Source of the DNA: Guillardia theta CCMP2712 | Lineage: Eukaryota; Protista; Cryptophyta | Assembly (NCBI RefSeq): GCF_000315625.1 | Contig: NW_005434621.1 | Span: forward strand, 126,744 to 190,743 | DNA: 64,000 bases | Direction: 5' to 3' | Shown here: one piece after another, positions 49,000 to 61,899 of the stretch | How positions within the stretch are numbered: the first letter of the stretch is position 1 | How the letters are laid out: the number at the start of each line of letters is the position of its first letter | The notes under the pieces: generated by a model | Database searches by the model: none | What the model was told of the DNA's origin: nothing | The model's input: only the letters and a program-made list of their open reading frames with translations | Position numbers and translations under genes: made by a program

Positions 49000-51061
49000 T
49001 GGTATGTCATTTCGCCATTTCGCTGACTCTGATTGTAGTTGTCGTCGCTCAACCCATCGGGAAGCATCCATGATAACGCGGAGGGAGAGGGTCAGCACGG
49101 GCAGGTCGAACAGGAGTGCTGCCCGCGATCTTCAGCAGCAGGAGGAAACTGCTCATTCCTCTCCTCCTCAGTCTGCATATCAGCTTCCGAGCACGAGGAG
49201 GAGGGAGAAGAGGGATGAAGGGAGCGAACAAGGTAGTACGACAGCGAGTCGAGAGAGGGCGAGGACAGGGTTGGTCAAGTTTGAGAAGGCAAGCGACCTG
49301 GTTCGCAGTCAGGTCGAGATGGGCACGGCAAGGAGCTCTCGTCGACGCTCTCTTCCCCTTGCCCTGGAATCGCTCTTGTTCCGCAAGGTGCGCAGCCTGC
49401 TGTTGGAGGGACCGTTGACTCAGAGGTCATTCTGCTCCCCAGGATCAAGAGCTCACGCCTCAGGAGGTCTCGCGCGTCTTCTATGATGCAGGAATTCGGT
49501 GAGATACGAGGAGGAGGAGGAATCCTGATCCTGATCCTGATCCTGATCCTGCTCCTGGAACAGAACTGTTTAGGGTGGACATTATCATAAGCAGGAGCAG
49601 AATACGAAAATGGGCCTCGAGGAGAAAGGAGGATGGTTGGATTGAAAGGAGGGAGGGAGATGTAAAATGCAAGAGGAGGAGGAGGGGTAGGTCTTGAAGG
49701 TTTCTTTGATTTCCTTGCAGGATCCCGGAAAACTCAGCGAACGAGATCGTAGAGCATTACAAGTTGACAGACGTTGAGTCAGGTTGACAGCCTGGAATGC
49801 TTCCTTTCGAGCCGTCTTGTCCTTTCTACCTCCCTCCTCCTCTTCACTCCCTCGCTCCCTCGATCCATCCCTCCCTCCCTCCCTCCCTCCCTCGATCCAT
49901 CCGTCCATGTTTGATTTCCCTCCATCTTCTCTCGCTGCTGTCTTTCCCCTGCGCTCCTCCTCTTCACTCCTCCTCCCTTCCCTTCCCTCTCCTTCTCCCT
50001 TCCCCTCCCTCTCTTTCCGCTCCCTCTTCTCACTTTCCCTCAGAAATGGAGCGGCAGCTGCTTCTGCGGAACGCGCTGGAGATAGCAGAGCTGAAGAGCA
50101 CACCAAGACTTCTGACGACAAGCTCTGGGTCAGAAAGGGGAGGGAGGGAGGGAGGGAGAGGAAGGGAGGGAGGGAGTGAGGGAGGGAGGGNNNNNNNNNN
50201 NNNNNNNNNNNNNNNNNNNNNNNNNNNNNNNNNNNNNNNNNNNNNNNNNNNNNNNNNNNNNNNNNNNNNNNNNNNNNNNNNNNNNNNNNNGTCAGTCAAT
50301 TTAATTATTTTGATCTGATAAACTAGACTACAAGTGATCATGGAGTTATATAGGAGCAACTGTTCAATTACAGCAATTCGACATGTCAAGGAGTAGATGC
50401 CCAGAGCTCAGAGGAGGGAGGGAGGGAGGGAGGGAGCCTGAGGGAGCCTGAGGGAGAGAGGGGGCGAGGAGGAAAGGAGATACGACATTAGTCGCTGATA
50501 GGAGGATGAAGGAACTTGGCGTCTTCGAGGTCGGACGAGGTGGCAGACTGGGAGGAAGCGAAGAAGAGGAGCAAGAGCGCGGACCTGTGGATGTGAGACC
50601 TGCTGGCTTGTGTGAATCCTGTTAGTCCATTGACGAAGTTTTGTTCTCCTGCCTCCTCCTCCTCCTCCTCCTCCTCCTCCTCCTCCTCCTCCTCCTCCTC
50701 CTCCCTCCTCCTCCTCCTCCTCCTCCTCCTCCTCCTCCTCTGTCTTTTTCTTTCAGAAGCCTTCCAAATTTCGCACACACGTTTGAAGGGGCCCCAAGGT
50801 CGAATGCAGTGGAGAAGATCGGGAGGAAGAGGAAGTTGGAGAGGGCAGAAGATGGGTAGCAAGATGAGGAGGGAGCGAGGGAGCGAGGGAGTGAGGGAGC
50901 GAGGGAGCGAGGGAGCGAGGGAGAGATAGGAGGGAAGCGAGCAAGCGGGTATTGGGGGGCGTGTGGGGAGAGCAGAGAAGAGGAGGGAGCACGAGCAGAA
51001 AAAGCAGGAGGAGGAGCACAGCGAAGGGTTGGAAGGAGGGGAGGGAGGGGAAAGCAAAGGA

Positions 51062-51160
<99 letters not shown>

Positions 51161-51370
51161 TGACTTTTGTGTTATGTTAGGATGAGAACAATCAGCGAAG
51201 AATCTCAAAAGAACAAGAAGAAATTCCTTGAGAAACGATCGTTCTCAGTCTCCGACATTGGAAAGAGACATATGCCACCTCCTCGAAGAGATAGCGTGAT
51301 CAAGCCTGAGGTAAGAGGAAGAGGACGAGAAAGAGCAAGAGGAGGAAGAGGAAGGGAAGAGGACGAGGAA

Positions 51371-51408
<38 letters not shown>

Positions 51409-53100
51409 AGAGGACAAGGATGAGGACGAGGGGGACATGAGGTGGTAATGTGAGGTAGCAAAGATTATCAAGACGGGGTTGCAAAAATTATGGTGACACG
51501 ACGTGAGGGAGAGGAGAGGAGGAGAGAGGTGGAGGAAGAGTTGAGGACGGGACTTGCCAGGGAGGGGAGGGTGGAGGGAGATGGAAGAAGGAGAGGAGGA
51601 GGATCAGGTGGGAACGTGGGGTCAGTGATGGAGAGAGCAGGAGAGCTCACCATCGTTCCTGCGGGATCAAGCGTGTCTGATCACGGTGAAAAGCATGCGG
51701 GGGCTGGCGGTGAAGTGACGAGAGGAACAGATCGGACAAAGAGAAGCGATCGAGCCAGGAAATGGAGTCGAATGGGACAACCAACATGTGAGAGACGCGT
51801 TGGGCTGCTGATCCTCCTCCTGCTGCTGCTGCTGCTCCTCCTCCTCCTCCTTCTCCTCCTCCCCCCCTCCCTCCCTCCCTCCCTCCTCCTTCTCCTCCTC
51901 CATCTCACTCCTCTCCTCCCTCCCCCCTCCTCCCTCCCTCCCTCTCCTCCCTCCCTCTCCTCCTTCTCCTCCTCCTCCTTCTCCTCCTCCTTCTCCTCCT
52001 CCTCCTCCTCCTCCTCTTTCTCCCTTTTTCCTGGCCCCTCCTCCTCTATGCTCACATGCTTTCTTTCCATCCTTATCCTCCTTTCCTCTCATCTTCTCCT
52101 CTTTCTTCACTCCTTTCCTCTCATCTCCTCTTTCTTCACTCCTTTTCTCTCATCTTCTCTTTCTTCACTCCTTTCTCCTCCCTCTCTTCTTGCCCCCCTG
52201 CTCCATCCCATTCATTGACATCCTTGCTACAGAGGTTGCAGAAGAAGGAGAGATACATGAAGAGGCTACAGCACATCAGAAAGAACAAGGTTGCGACGTT
52301 TCTGCTCTTCTCTCCTGCGACCTAAACCAGTGAACAGGAGAGAGTAGAGCAGTTCACCAAGGATTGCGAAGCAAGACACGACTCCATGTTGCCTCCTCCC
52401 TGTCTTGCTGCAAGCTACCAGCTGACCGTCACACAACAGGGGGAGGGCACATTTCGTGGACAGGATGGCAGCAGTAGACAAGTCACAGTCTGGGATCGGG
52501 ATCGGGAACACAAGGGTGAAGGAGAGAGCGTGCTGTAAGGAAAGTTTTCTAAACTTGTTCTCCTGCATTCAGGTCCCCGGACTGTACGACGTCGAGTATG
52601 ATAGAAAGAGGAGCACGAAGAACCTTGTTCAGATCCGTGAGGGACCGGCCATGGAAAGGTGAGAGGGGAGGAGAGAGGGAGGAGGATGCATCAAAAGGAG
52701 GAGGAGGAGGAAGTGTGAGGAGGAGGAGGAGGTACAGCAGCAGCAGCAGCAGCAGCAGCGCTGTCATCCTGACGTGTTTGTGCAGGAAGAGGTTGGAGAA
52801 TCTGGAGCGGGAGAGCAAGATCCAGGAGTTGCAAAAGTCGCATGATAACCTGAACGCAATGAAGCTGGAGAAGAAGTGAAGACAGAAACAAGACATGAGG
52901 AGGTTGTTGTTGACTTGTTCTACCTCAGATCGCAGAAGCTGCAAGAGATGGAAAAAGAAAAGTCGAGAGCGATCAGCGAAGAAGGCGAGTGATGTTTATC
53001 TCAACATGTCAATGGCTGAGATGTCAGCAGAGGTACAAGAAAAGATAAGGCTGCAGAAATTGAAGGAGAGGTGAAGCTCTTGACTTGAGGAGGAGGAGGA
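49000..53100 (+). CDS. Fragmentary multi-exon coiled-coil hypothetical protein(s)
   Basis: Short charged exon-like segments between repeat-filled introns (RLQKKERYMKRLQHIRKNK; VPGLYDVEYDRKRSTKNL; KRLENLERESKIQELQK). Interrupted by an N-gap. Confidence 0.35.
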
Positions 53101-55072
53101 GGAGGAGGAGGAGGAGGAGGAGGAGGAGGAGGAGGAGGAGGAGGAGGAGGAGAAGATTTTCCCGCAACGGCATGTTTGTTTCTACTAGATGCGTCCCTGC
53201 CTTCGCGAGAAGACTGGGTCNNNNNNNNNNNNNNNNNNNNNNNNNNNNNNNNNNNNNNNNNNNNNNNNNNNNNNNNNNNNNNNNNNNNNNNNNNNNNNNN
53301 NNNNNNNNNNNNNNNNNNNNTCGCGGAAGAACCTCGAGCTCGAGCACAGCCCACTCAACAGAGCCCATGCCGGACTTGATCTGAGGAGACACATAAGAAG
53401 GAAGGAGAGGAAAGGAGAGGGAGGAGAGGGAGGAGAGGGAGGGGAAGCGAAGGAGATGGACGAAGGGAGGGGAGGGATGGCAAGGACACGAGGGANNNNN
53501 NNNNNNNNNNNNNNNNNNNNNNNNNNNNNNNNNNNNNNNNNNNNNNNNNNNNNNNNNNNNNNNNNNNNNNNNNNNNNNNNNNNNNNNNNNNNNNNNNNNN
53601 NNNNNNNNNNNNNNNNNNNNNNNNNNNNNNNNNNAGCAGCAGCAGCAGGACCTTTCCAGCCACCCAGTCGCAGACGCGGTCGAGATTTCTCTTGGCGATG
53701 TCTTTCGCTCTCTTCCTCGCGTCCTCTCGCTGACTCTCCTCCCTCACAGCAGCAGTCTCCTCCCCCCCTCCTCCACTCCTCCTCCTTCCTACCACCACCA
53801 TTTCCTCCTCTTCCAACCCCCTTGCCCGAACTGCCTGTGTCAGGATCGTTGCAACCTGATGCGCCATCTCCTTCCCCATCCCCTCTGAAACCATCTGCCA
53901 TGGCACCTTCTCCTCCTCGTTCTCCTGCACACGAATCATCCTTCCTCCTCCTCCTCCTCCTCCTCCTCCTCCTCCTCCTCACCTTCCATCGAAACCCCAT
54001 CAGCCATAGAATGAGATTTCCCCCACGTGCGGGCCCATTTCCGTGAGGTAGAAGGGGTTCGTCTCTCGCAGGATGTGCCTCCTCCTCCTCGTCAGCTTCG
54101 CGCACACGTTCCTGAGCCATCGCAAGCCCGAGCTGAACGAGGGTCAGGGAGGAAGAGGAAGAGGGGAAGAGGAGGGGAAGAGGAGGGGAAGAGGAGGGGA
54201 GGAGAAGGGAGGAGGGAGGAGGACGAGGTCGGGCAGGAAAGCTCGGGAAGGAGGAGGAGGAGGAGGAGGAGGAGGAGGAGGAGGAGAGGAAAGTGGGATG
54301 AGATGATGGGAAGGGAGGGGAAAGGAGAGCAGAAAAGGAGGAGGGATACCGGAAGCGATAAGCATTGTTCGGCCCCCTCAACTCGAACGAGGACTGTAGG
54401 AGAAGTGAAACAACGGCAGGTCAGAAAAGCCAAAGGAGGAGGAGGAGGAGGAGGAGATCAGGGCGAGGAGGAGGATGTGTAGTGGAGGGAAGGAGCGTTG
54501 GGGGAGATCAGGAGGATGGAATGGAGGAAAATGCGGCAAGGAAGAGATCGAAATAGGAGGGTAGGAGGGTTGAGGGGTTGAGGGGGAGGAGTTGGAGGAG
54601 GCTCAGGGGGAGGATAATTTGTAGGACCTGCCAGTAGGCAAGGAGTGCCATCTTGAAGAGATCTACCCTTACATCGATGAACCGACTCTTCCTCCTCTCA
54701 TCCTTATCCTCTACTTCCCGCAACAGCTCCCAGCATCTCCTCCTCTTCTCACCCATCTCCTCCTCCCCTGCCCTCGCACTCTTTCTCCTGCCGTCCTCCC
54801 TTCTCCTCTTCGACTCATCCAGCAGACCCTGCAAGTCTGAGCAGCACAGTACCATCTGAGGGTCTCATCGTCAGCAGCAGGAGAGGAACATCCCTCAGTC
54901 CCTCTCCTCCTCCCCCTCCTCCTCCTCTCTCCTCCTCCTCCCTCCTCTCTCCTCCTCCTCCCTCGTTTCTCCNNNNNNNNNNNNNNNNNNNNNNNNNNNN
55001 NNNNNNNNNNNNNNNNNNNNNNNNNNNNNNNNNNNNNNNNNNNNNNNNNNNNNNNNNNNNNNNNNNNNNNNN
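50191..55072. other. Assembly gaps at 50191-50290, 53221-53320, 53496-53634 and 54973-55072 within GGA/CCT-rich sequence
   Basis: Runs of N. Confidence 0.98.
51064..51160. repeat. (CAG)n microsatellite
   Basis: Read directly from the sequence. Confidence 0.95.
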
Positions 55073-57900
55073 CCACGTCCCTCCTCCTCCTCCCCCTCCT
55101 CCTCCTCTCTCCTCCTCCTCCCTCCTCCTCTCCTCCTCCTCCCTCCTCTCTCCTCTCTCCTCTCTCCTCTCTCCTCTCTCCTCTCTCCTCTCTCCTCTCT
55201 CCTCTCTCCTCTCTCCTCTCTCCTCTCTCTCCCTCCATCTTTTTCTCTCTCGACCTCTCCTCTCTCTCTTCCTCCTCCTCTCCTCCCCTCCTCCCTCACC
55301 TCAAGCACCGGCACCACCATCTGTCTGAAATTCTCGAGGTCCCCGGCGCTCCGCCCGACGCCGCAAGCTCTTAGCTCCCGCCCCCCTCCCTCCTCCACAC
55401 TTTCATCGTCCTCTGACGCAAGCAGGCAGGCAAAGATGCTCCTCAACGCCTCGTCGCTCGGCCTCCCGCAGACAGCCAGCAGGTTGGAGTTGCTCATGTG
55501 CGGAGATAGCTTTCCTTGCAGCTCCCGCCGGTTCTCCTCCTGTCCCCTTGACACGAGATCAAGCAAGTGGTCCACTACCACCACAGACTGCAGCGAATCC
55601 CATCAGCTCTCTCCTCTCCCATCTCCTCTCCCATCTCCTCCTCCTTCGTGTATCCCTCCAAATCCTTCTATGCCTCCTTTCACTCCTTCCCCCTCTCCTC
55701 GTTCCTCCAGCCCTCCCTCACTCTATTACTTCCTCCTTCATGCCCCTGATTATTGCTCCTCCCCCTCGCTTTCCTCCTGCCTCCTCCTCCTTCTGTCTCC
55801 TCTCGCCCCACCCTCCTCCTTCTCCCTCCCTCTCCCTCTCCCTCCCTCTCCTTCTCCCTCCCTCTCGCTCCTGCCTTCTGCTCCTGCTCCTCCCTCGCTC
55901 TCCTCACCTCGGCGTTGAGGTTGGCGATCAACTGGTTACGATCTCGAACGCCGATGATCATCATCTCAAAGGGCTCCGAGAGCATCCACCCTCCCTCCTC
56001 CAGCTGCGGCATGTCCACCCATGTCAGCACATCCCGCAGCTTGTGCATGAACGAGTCTCGCTGCTTGTCGCGCGGAGGAGGACGGCGACCTTCGTCGAAG
56101 CCAGCTCCTGCTCTTCCTGCTCTTCCTGCTCCTCCTGATTCCTCATCCACGGACGTTCGACGATGAGAGAGCAGCAAGCGGTTGGACGTCACCGACATGT
56201 TGTCGATCTCTTGGAAGTGTTGGATCACCAGCGCCATCCTTAGCCACAGGTTCTGGTTCTCGAAGACGAACTGAGAGAACAAATTACATGTCACAGCAAG
56301 ATCTCACAAGCTTGCACCAAGAGCAGATATACAGACATGCACAATCAACGGAGCAGCAAGCAAACACAACCGTGCCTGCTCTGCATCGCAAGGGGCCACA
56401 GTGCACTACTCAACCTGAAGGGTGGCTCCGTTGATGAACTCGTCGTCCCCGTTGTCATCGTTGTCGTACTCTTGCATGTCACGATCGTCACCGATGTACT
56501 TCAAAGAGTCAAAACTCTGCGTGCAGTCTTCTGCCGGGCACCCTGCGTCCTCCATGAGCCAAAGTCGGATACAATCCCTGTGGAACAAGTGTCCGCAGGG
56601 GAGCCGGGTCGCGAACAAGGAGTTTCTCTCCTCCCCATCCTCGCATGTCCTCCACACTAGTTGGTTGTCCGTGTGGGAGATCAGCATGTGGCAGAAGTCG
56701 CACATCTCGTTCTCACTCTCGCTCACTGACAGCGTCACATCCTCCAGGTACTCGCCCACCTCCCTCATCTGCGCTATGACATGCGGGACGGGGCGGAAGT
56801 ACCGCAGGAGGATGTTCTCAAGCTCGATGGGCTGCGGCAGCTCATCGCCGAAGTCAAGATCGTCGAGATCCTCTGGGATCTTCGACACCCTGGTGCGGAA
56901 CTGATACATGTGCTGTAGATTCCTCGCCTCCTCCTCGTCCTGGTCCGGGGCCAGGCACAGGTCGCTCAGGGTCATGGCGTTCTCCCCGTAAGTTCCGATC
57001 CTGTAGGTCTGAACGTCCTCCACAGCCCAGCGGACCTGCGCCAGACAGATTCTCTCGGGTGCTGACCACCTCAACTCCTCCTCCCTCCCATCCTCCTCCT
57101 CGACCCCTTCATCGCTCCCCTCCTCGTGCTTGTAAGGGTTCTTGATGTAGAACTTCCTCAGGATGACGCCGACATGTCCGACTCCTCCGTCTTGATCCCC
57201 CCAGATCCATCCTGGTCCTCTCACGACGACCTGCAAGGTGCAAATGGATGAGTGGAGGAAGGGAGACTCTCGCACGCTACCTTCCCACGTGAACAGTTGT
57301 ACTCATCTACCTGCGTCAGCTGCTCCAGGGAGGTTGTCAACATCGGATGCTCCTGCTCACGTTCTTCCTCGGCGGATCCATGCAGGTGGCTCGAGTCACC
57401 GAGTCTCGCTCCTCTGACTGTTCCCTGCGACCCCTTCGTCAACTATCATGTCGCTGGAGGACACAGACCTCTCGCTTTGCATGAGACACGATCGCTAGCT
57501 CTGCAAGCTCGTGCCCACTTGAACCCTACACGTAGATCCTACAAGTCACCAGGATGCAAGCCCTTCCGCTGGACCAACCTGGTGCTCAACACAACTCTGA
57601 AAAGACTGTTCGCCTGCTGCACTCGTTACCCTTCTCAGGCCACCATCTCATCTCATCTAGCTTGCTCTTGCTCTCATTCTTCCACACCATGCATGAACGT
57701 TGTCTTCCTCCTCCTCCTCCTCCTCCTCCTCCTCCTCCTCCTCCTCCTCCTCCTCCTCCTCCTCCTCTCTCATCACTTGCTAGCGTTCCGCCTCTGGTTC
57801 CGCCTTGCTACGACATGTTGAGTTACCTGGCAGGCCCGGAGCTGTTAGAGATTATTCGTTACGGTCGATATGGTTCGTAACGGAAAAGCCAGATTTAGAT
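54620..57900 (-). CDS. MIB-HERC2 domain + RING-H2 E3 ubiquitin ligase (core exon ~57231..56415; outer limits approximate)
   Basis: VVRGPGWIWGDQDGGVGHVG...VRW...YRIG...DL (Mib_herc2). CDFC...RLPCGHLFHRDCIRLWL...CPAEDC (RING-H2). Splices on to FVFENQNLWLR. Confidence 0.8.
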
Positions 57901-59232
57901 TTCATGGTCGGCGACGGGGAAGCTTGTCTGGCCGACGTTTGGGTGGTGGAAATGGAAAGAGGAAGAGGAAGGAGAGTCTGATGGATGGAAGTTTGAAGCT
58001 CTGGTGGAAGGGAGCGTGATCTTGGTTTGATCCGAGAAAGATCTGCAAGACACATTTATCAAAGCGTCAGTTGAAGGGGAGTCGAATGGCGCCTACTTGG
58101 AAGTCAGCCATGACGGGCAGGGGACTGTCAAGCCCTGCCATGCATGTGAGCATGCTGTATGACAACTCATCGTCATCCATTGTGATCATCATTTCTCTTC
58201 TGCTCCCAAATGTGACCCAATGCAGGTGGGCAATCTGTCTGGCCTGGTGGACCAAGGGTACAAGCCGCAAGAGATAGATTGGCATGTTGTTTTTTGGATA
58301 ATTCTCATTCTGGGCTTTATTCTTTGTTTGTAATTCTTCACTATCATCCTCAGATTTCAATCGACTGACGCTGCCCCAGGGTTTGCATCACTCGCTGGTT
58401 GTCCCAGGAGGAGGGCGGATGTACCCTGCCCTTCAACCTTGGAAGGTGATAAGACGAGGAAGGTCGTCTGCTGCAGTTTGACTCTTAATCCTCCAGCTCA
58501 TATGAAGAGCTGGGCCATGACGCTGCCCCCGAACATGAAACCGAAACCAGGAGTGAAGAAGTCACAAGGTTGCGACAAGAAGTGAAGGAGCTGGAGAGCC
58601 GTGTGAAGGAAATGTCGTCGCGGCTCTCTGAGAGCGAGGCGAGGAATCTGTCGACAACGCAGAAGGTAGACGAGGTCTGGTCAGAGATGAGATACTCGCA
58701 GCCAGACGGGCGACCACGAAGGTTTCTCACTTGCTGTCTCGTGTTCGCATTCCTGACTTGTCGCCTCCAGCAACCGGTCAAGTTATCGTGGGGCTGATAG
58801 CACTTTGGGCTTGTATGACTTTGTCAAGCACAAATCCCCGCCGAATTTTGGCGAGCATGTTTAACGGGGTCCAGTGAATCGGTATGCTGATGCCAGGTAG
58901 GAAGGGCTTTGTATAGTGTTGTTGGGGATAGAAATGAGGGAAACTATTATTCAGAACGATCGGACTGATGCAAAGGAAATCCGTCAAAGGAGAACTCTCG
59001 GAATTCGAGATTTTCACCCTCTCCATTTTGATCACAAAGGTGTTCATCACGAAAGCAGCTAAATGTATCTCAGAAGGTCTGAATGTCAATGATTCGGTTG
59101 TAACATTTTCAGTAAAGTTTTGTCAGTACTTACTAGTAGACATAACGGGCCACTGCACAGCACCGCACCCTCACTCCGTGAATCATAGCTGTACAGCAGT
59201 GCACCATTATTGAATGTCGGCAGTGTGATGAA

Positions 59233-59720
59233 AAACTTTTACTCAAGCCAGTGACTCTGCGCGGCGTGAGTATCTTCGTTATCATCGGATTTAACCGTCG
59301 GGCCCGGCGTTAACTTTAAGTACCGTACGCTATCACTGACTTGAACTTTCAGCATACCGGGCCGGCGTAGCACTCAGTAGTATCTGCCTCTTTCTCGGTG
59401 GGCCCGGCCCGGCGGGCCCGTCGGATCGGACTCCGTACTAGTGACGGTGTTGGGCGCGGCCGGGTCACCGGGGTACCGTGACGGTCTCGGACCCCGTAGT
59501 GCTGGCGTCCGATCACCGGGTCTAGCGTCGCTTCACAAGAATTCTTACTTCTCCTGATTGTCCTCGTAGTGATTTTTAACTTACCTTGAGTAAAGAAACT
59601 GTGGTCACGGCGGAGCTGCTACACTCCCCCGCAAAGGAGAAAACTGAGCTGTGTGATGCGGACCGTCTTGTTTTCGGAGTTGCTACCCGGGGCCTCTGCC
59701 TCCCTCGGAGAGCCGGAAAC
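59233..59720. repeat. GC-palindrome island with conserved core at ~59548-59600
   Basis: cttctcctgattgtcctcgtagtgatttttaacttaccttgagtaaagaaact. Short inverted match tttactcaag at ~59238. Confidence 0.6.
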
Positions 59721-61236
59721 TGAAGGGGTCATCCTGACTTGTATACATGGGGTTCCCTAGCCGTAAGCATGTCAGCATTTGATCTGGGCCGACGAGATGT
59801 ACCTGTCAGCAACTGCGGTCAAATCTGGTCAAAAGTGAAATGGAAGGGGTCAAACGATGGTCAAATGAAAGAGACTTTAGAGGTCCAAAAACCCTGTCTC
59901 CCACCCATCCAGGTCAAGGAGTTTGAGTTACCCCCTACCCTATTCAATTTCAAAGTACCCATAGCTTGTTGGGGATAGTACCACCATGACCCACTCATTA
60001 CAACCTAAAAATACCCCTTATTTGTTGAAGTCTTCGTGATGTACCCGTCCCCATTTCACCTTCACCCTACATGAAACTACCCGTACCCCCCTATGAGAAG
60101 AAGGGTCAGAAGTCAGCTGTGTTACACACCGCAAGATCGGTCATGGCAGGCACAGAAAAGACGGGTACTATTCACTTGAAATTATAGGGTACGTGGAGGA
60201 AAATAAAAAGTTGTTGCCATACATACGAATCGTCGCGATTGAGATCAAGTTAAACAACCTTTCCACCCCCCCACCCTTTGATCATCATTCAGCTTCACCC
60301 TACCCCGATGTCGAGTAAGAAATACCCTACCCTCCAAATGTATTCTCAGTACCCTACTAAATCCAATAATCAAGACAACCCTACCTCCCATCTTGGCACG
60401 TAACTACCCTACCAGCTGCGGAAACGTGGGGCAAAATCTCAAGTTTGTTCTTTGCCTATTGTAAATTTTTAGACCCGCCGGTAAAGCACGACCCCGCAGA
60501 GAGTACGGTACCAATGAGTACCCCCACCCTGATCTTTTACTACCCCACCCCACCTTCTCTCTGTATTAGTACCGGAAATTCTTTGTAATTACAGTAGTCG
60601 TTGAGACATGAAAATACCCCCACCCACTCAATTGCTTGGATCCTTGACCCCCACCTCATTTCTGTTTTGTCCTTTTATAAACACAACGTTTCGGTAAAAC
60701 GCACAAGCTAACCACCCCCATGAAGTTGAACCCACCCCAAAATGGAAATTACGAGCAAACAAGCAAGTTGAGGGCATCTAAAAATACAATGCACCCGTCT
60801 TGTTGACCCTCAGTACCGGTAAGACAAATTTTCAGGGTTCATAACCCCAAAAACTATATGTCAAAATAACCGGTATATTGAGAATTCTTGGACAATTCAT
60901 GGGTCATGGTGATCACCCCACCCTTGTACGATCTAAAATACCGGTGTATTTGTTTACCCCTACCCTCTTGAGACCTCTTCATGTACCACCCCTACCCTGT
61001 TTTGGTCCGAACGTGGATTTTAAAGGTTTCTCCTTCGAGACTCGCGCACACCCTCGCACCAGCTCCTGCTCCTACACTCTCTGCTCCTTCTCTCCCTGCT
61101 CCTTCACTTCTTCACTTGCTCCTTCGCTTCCTCCTCGCTCTCCTCTTTCACTCCCTCCTCGCACTCCTCCAGGCACTTCTCGCTGCTCTCCACTAGCATT
61201 TCATCGACGCCGCTCCCCTCTCTCGTTGGATCAGCC

Positions 61237-61737
61237 ATGACTCTCACCCGTCAAGTGAGCGACACCTGCCTGCAAATGCACTTCAAGCCCAAATGCCAGA
61301 TCTCGATCGACGACGATCTTGTGCAAGAGGATGACGAACTCAACATGTTCGATGACGATTTGTCCTGGATGCCAGCAGTGCACAGCAAGTCGGAGAAGAA
61401 GAAGGAGGACGAAACTCAGTTCGCTCCTCCTCAGCACTTCCAGAGAAGGCCAAGATCCATCCCGCAAGCTGCGCCTCTGCTTGCAGAGGAACAGAGCAAC
61501 CGAGCAGCTTCTGGACGAATGTCGCCGATTATGAGGCACCGAATGCGAAAGATGTTCGCAGAGGAGTTCGGGGCACTGACAAGGTCCACCTCTGACAGCA
61601 TGCTGAGTACCAATAGCGAAATGTTCCGACGATCACGGAACCGACAGATAGGACAGGAGATTTCCACCTCTGAGGAAGCGAAACCAGCGCCGAGCCTTAA
61701 CCGGTTTGTCTTGCAAAGGAGTGGTGTATCCGCTTGA
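61237..61737 (+). CDS. Hypothetical 166-aa protein, single exon
   Basis: ATG in gccATG context after a pyrimidine-rich leader. Non-repetitive protein-like composition. AATAAA just after the stop. Confidence 0.55.
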   Translation: MTLTRQVSDTCLQMHFKPKCQISIDDDLVQEDDELNMFDDDLSWMPAVHSKSEKKKEDETQFAPPQHFQRRPRSIPQAAPLLAEEQSNRAASGRMSPIMRHRMRKMFAEEFGALTRSTSDSMLSTNSEMFRRSRNRQIGQEISTSEEAKPAPSLNRFVLQRSGVSA

Positions 61738-61899
61738 CTTCACATTGTAAATAAATATCTTATTTCTTCATCCTTGCCCTGCCTCCCTTGCTACAACGAG
61801 CATAGTCTAGTCACCCGACCTGTAACTCTGACATGGTGGGAGCGGACAACAAAGCTCTCGAAGCATGTCTTGAGAAGCCTCTCCAGGAAGTCTACATAC

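Noticed and set aside
47950-55950. Many long poly-E/R/S/L/P ORFs
   Set aside because: Translations of GGA/CCT/GGGA simple repeats, some spanning N-gaps.
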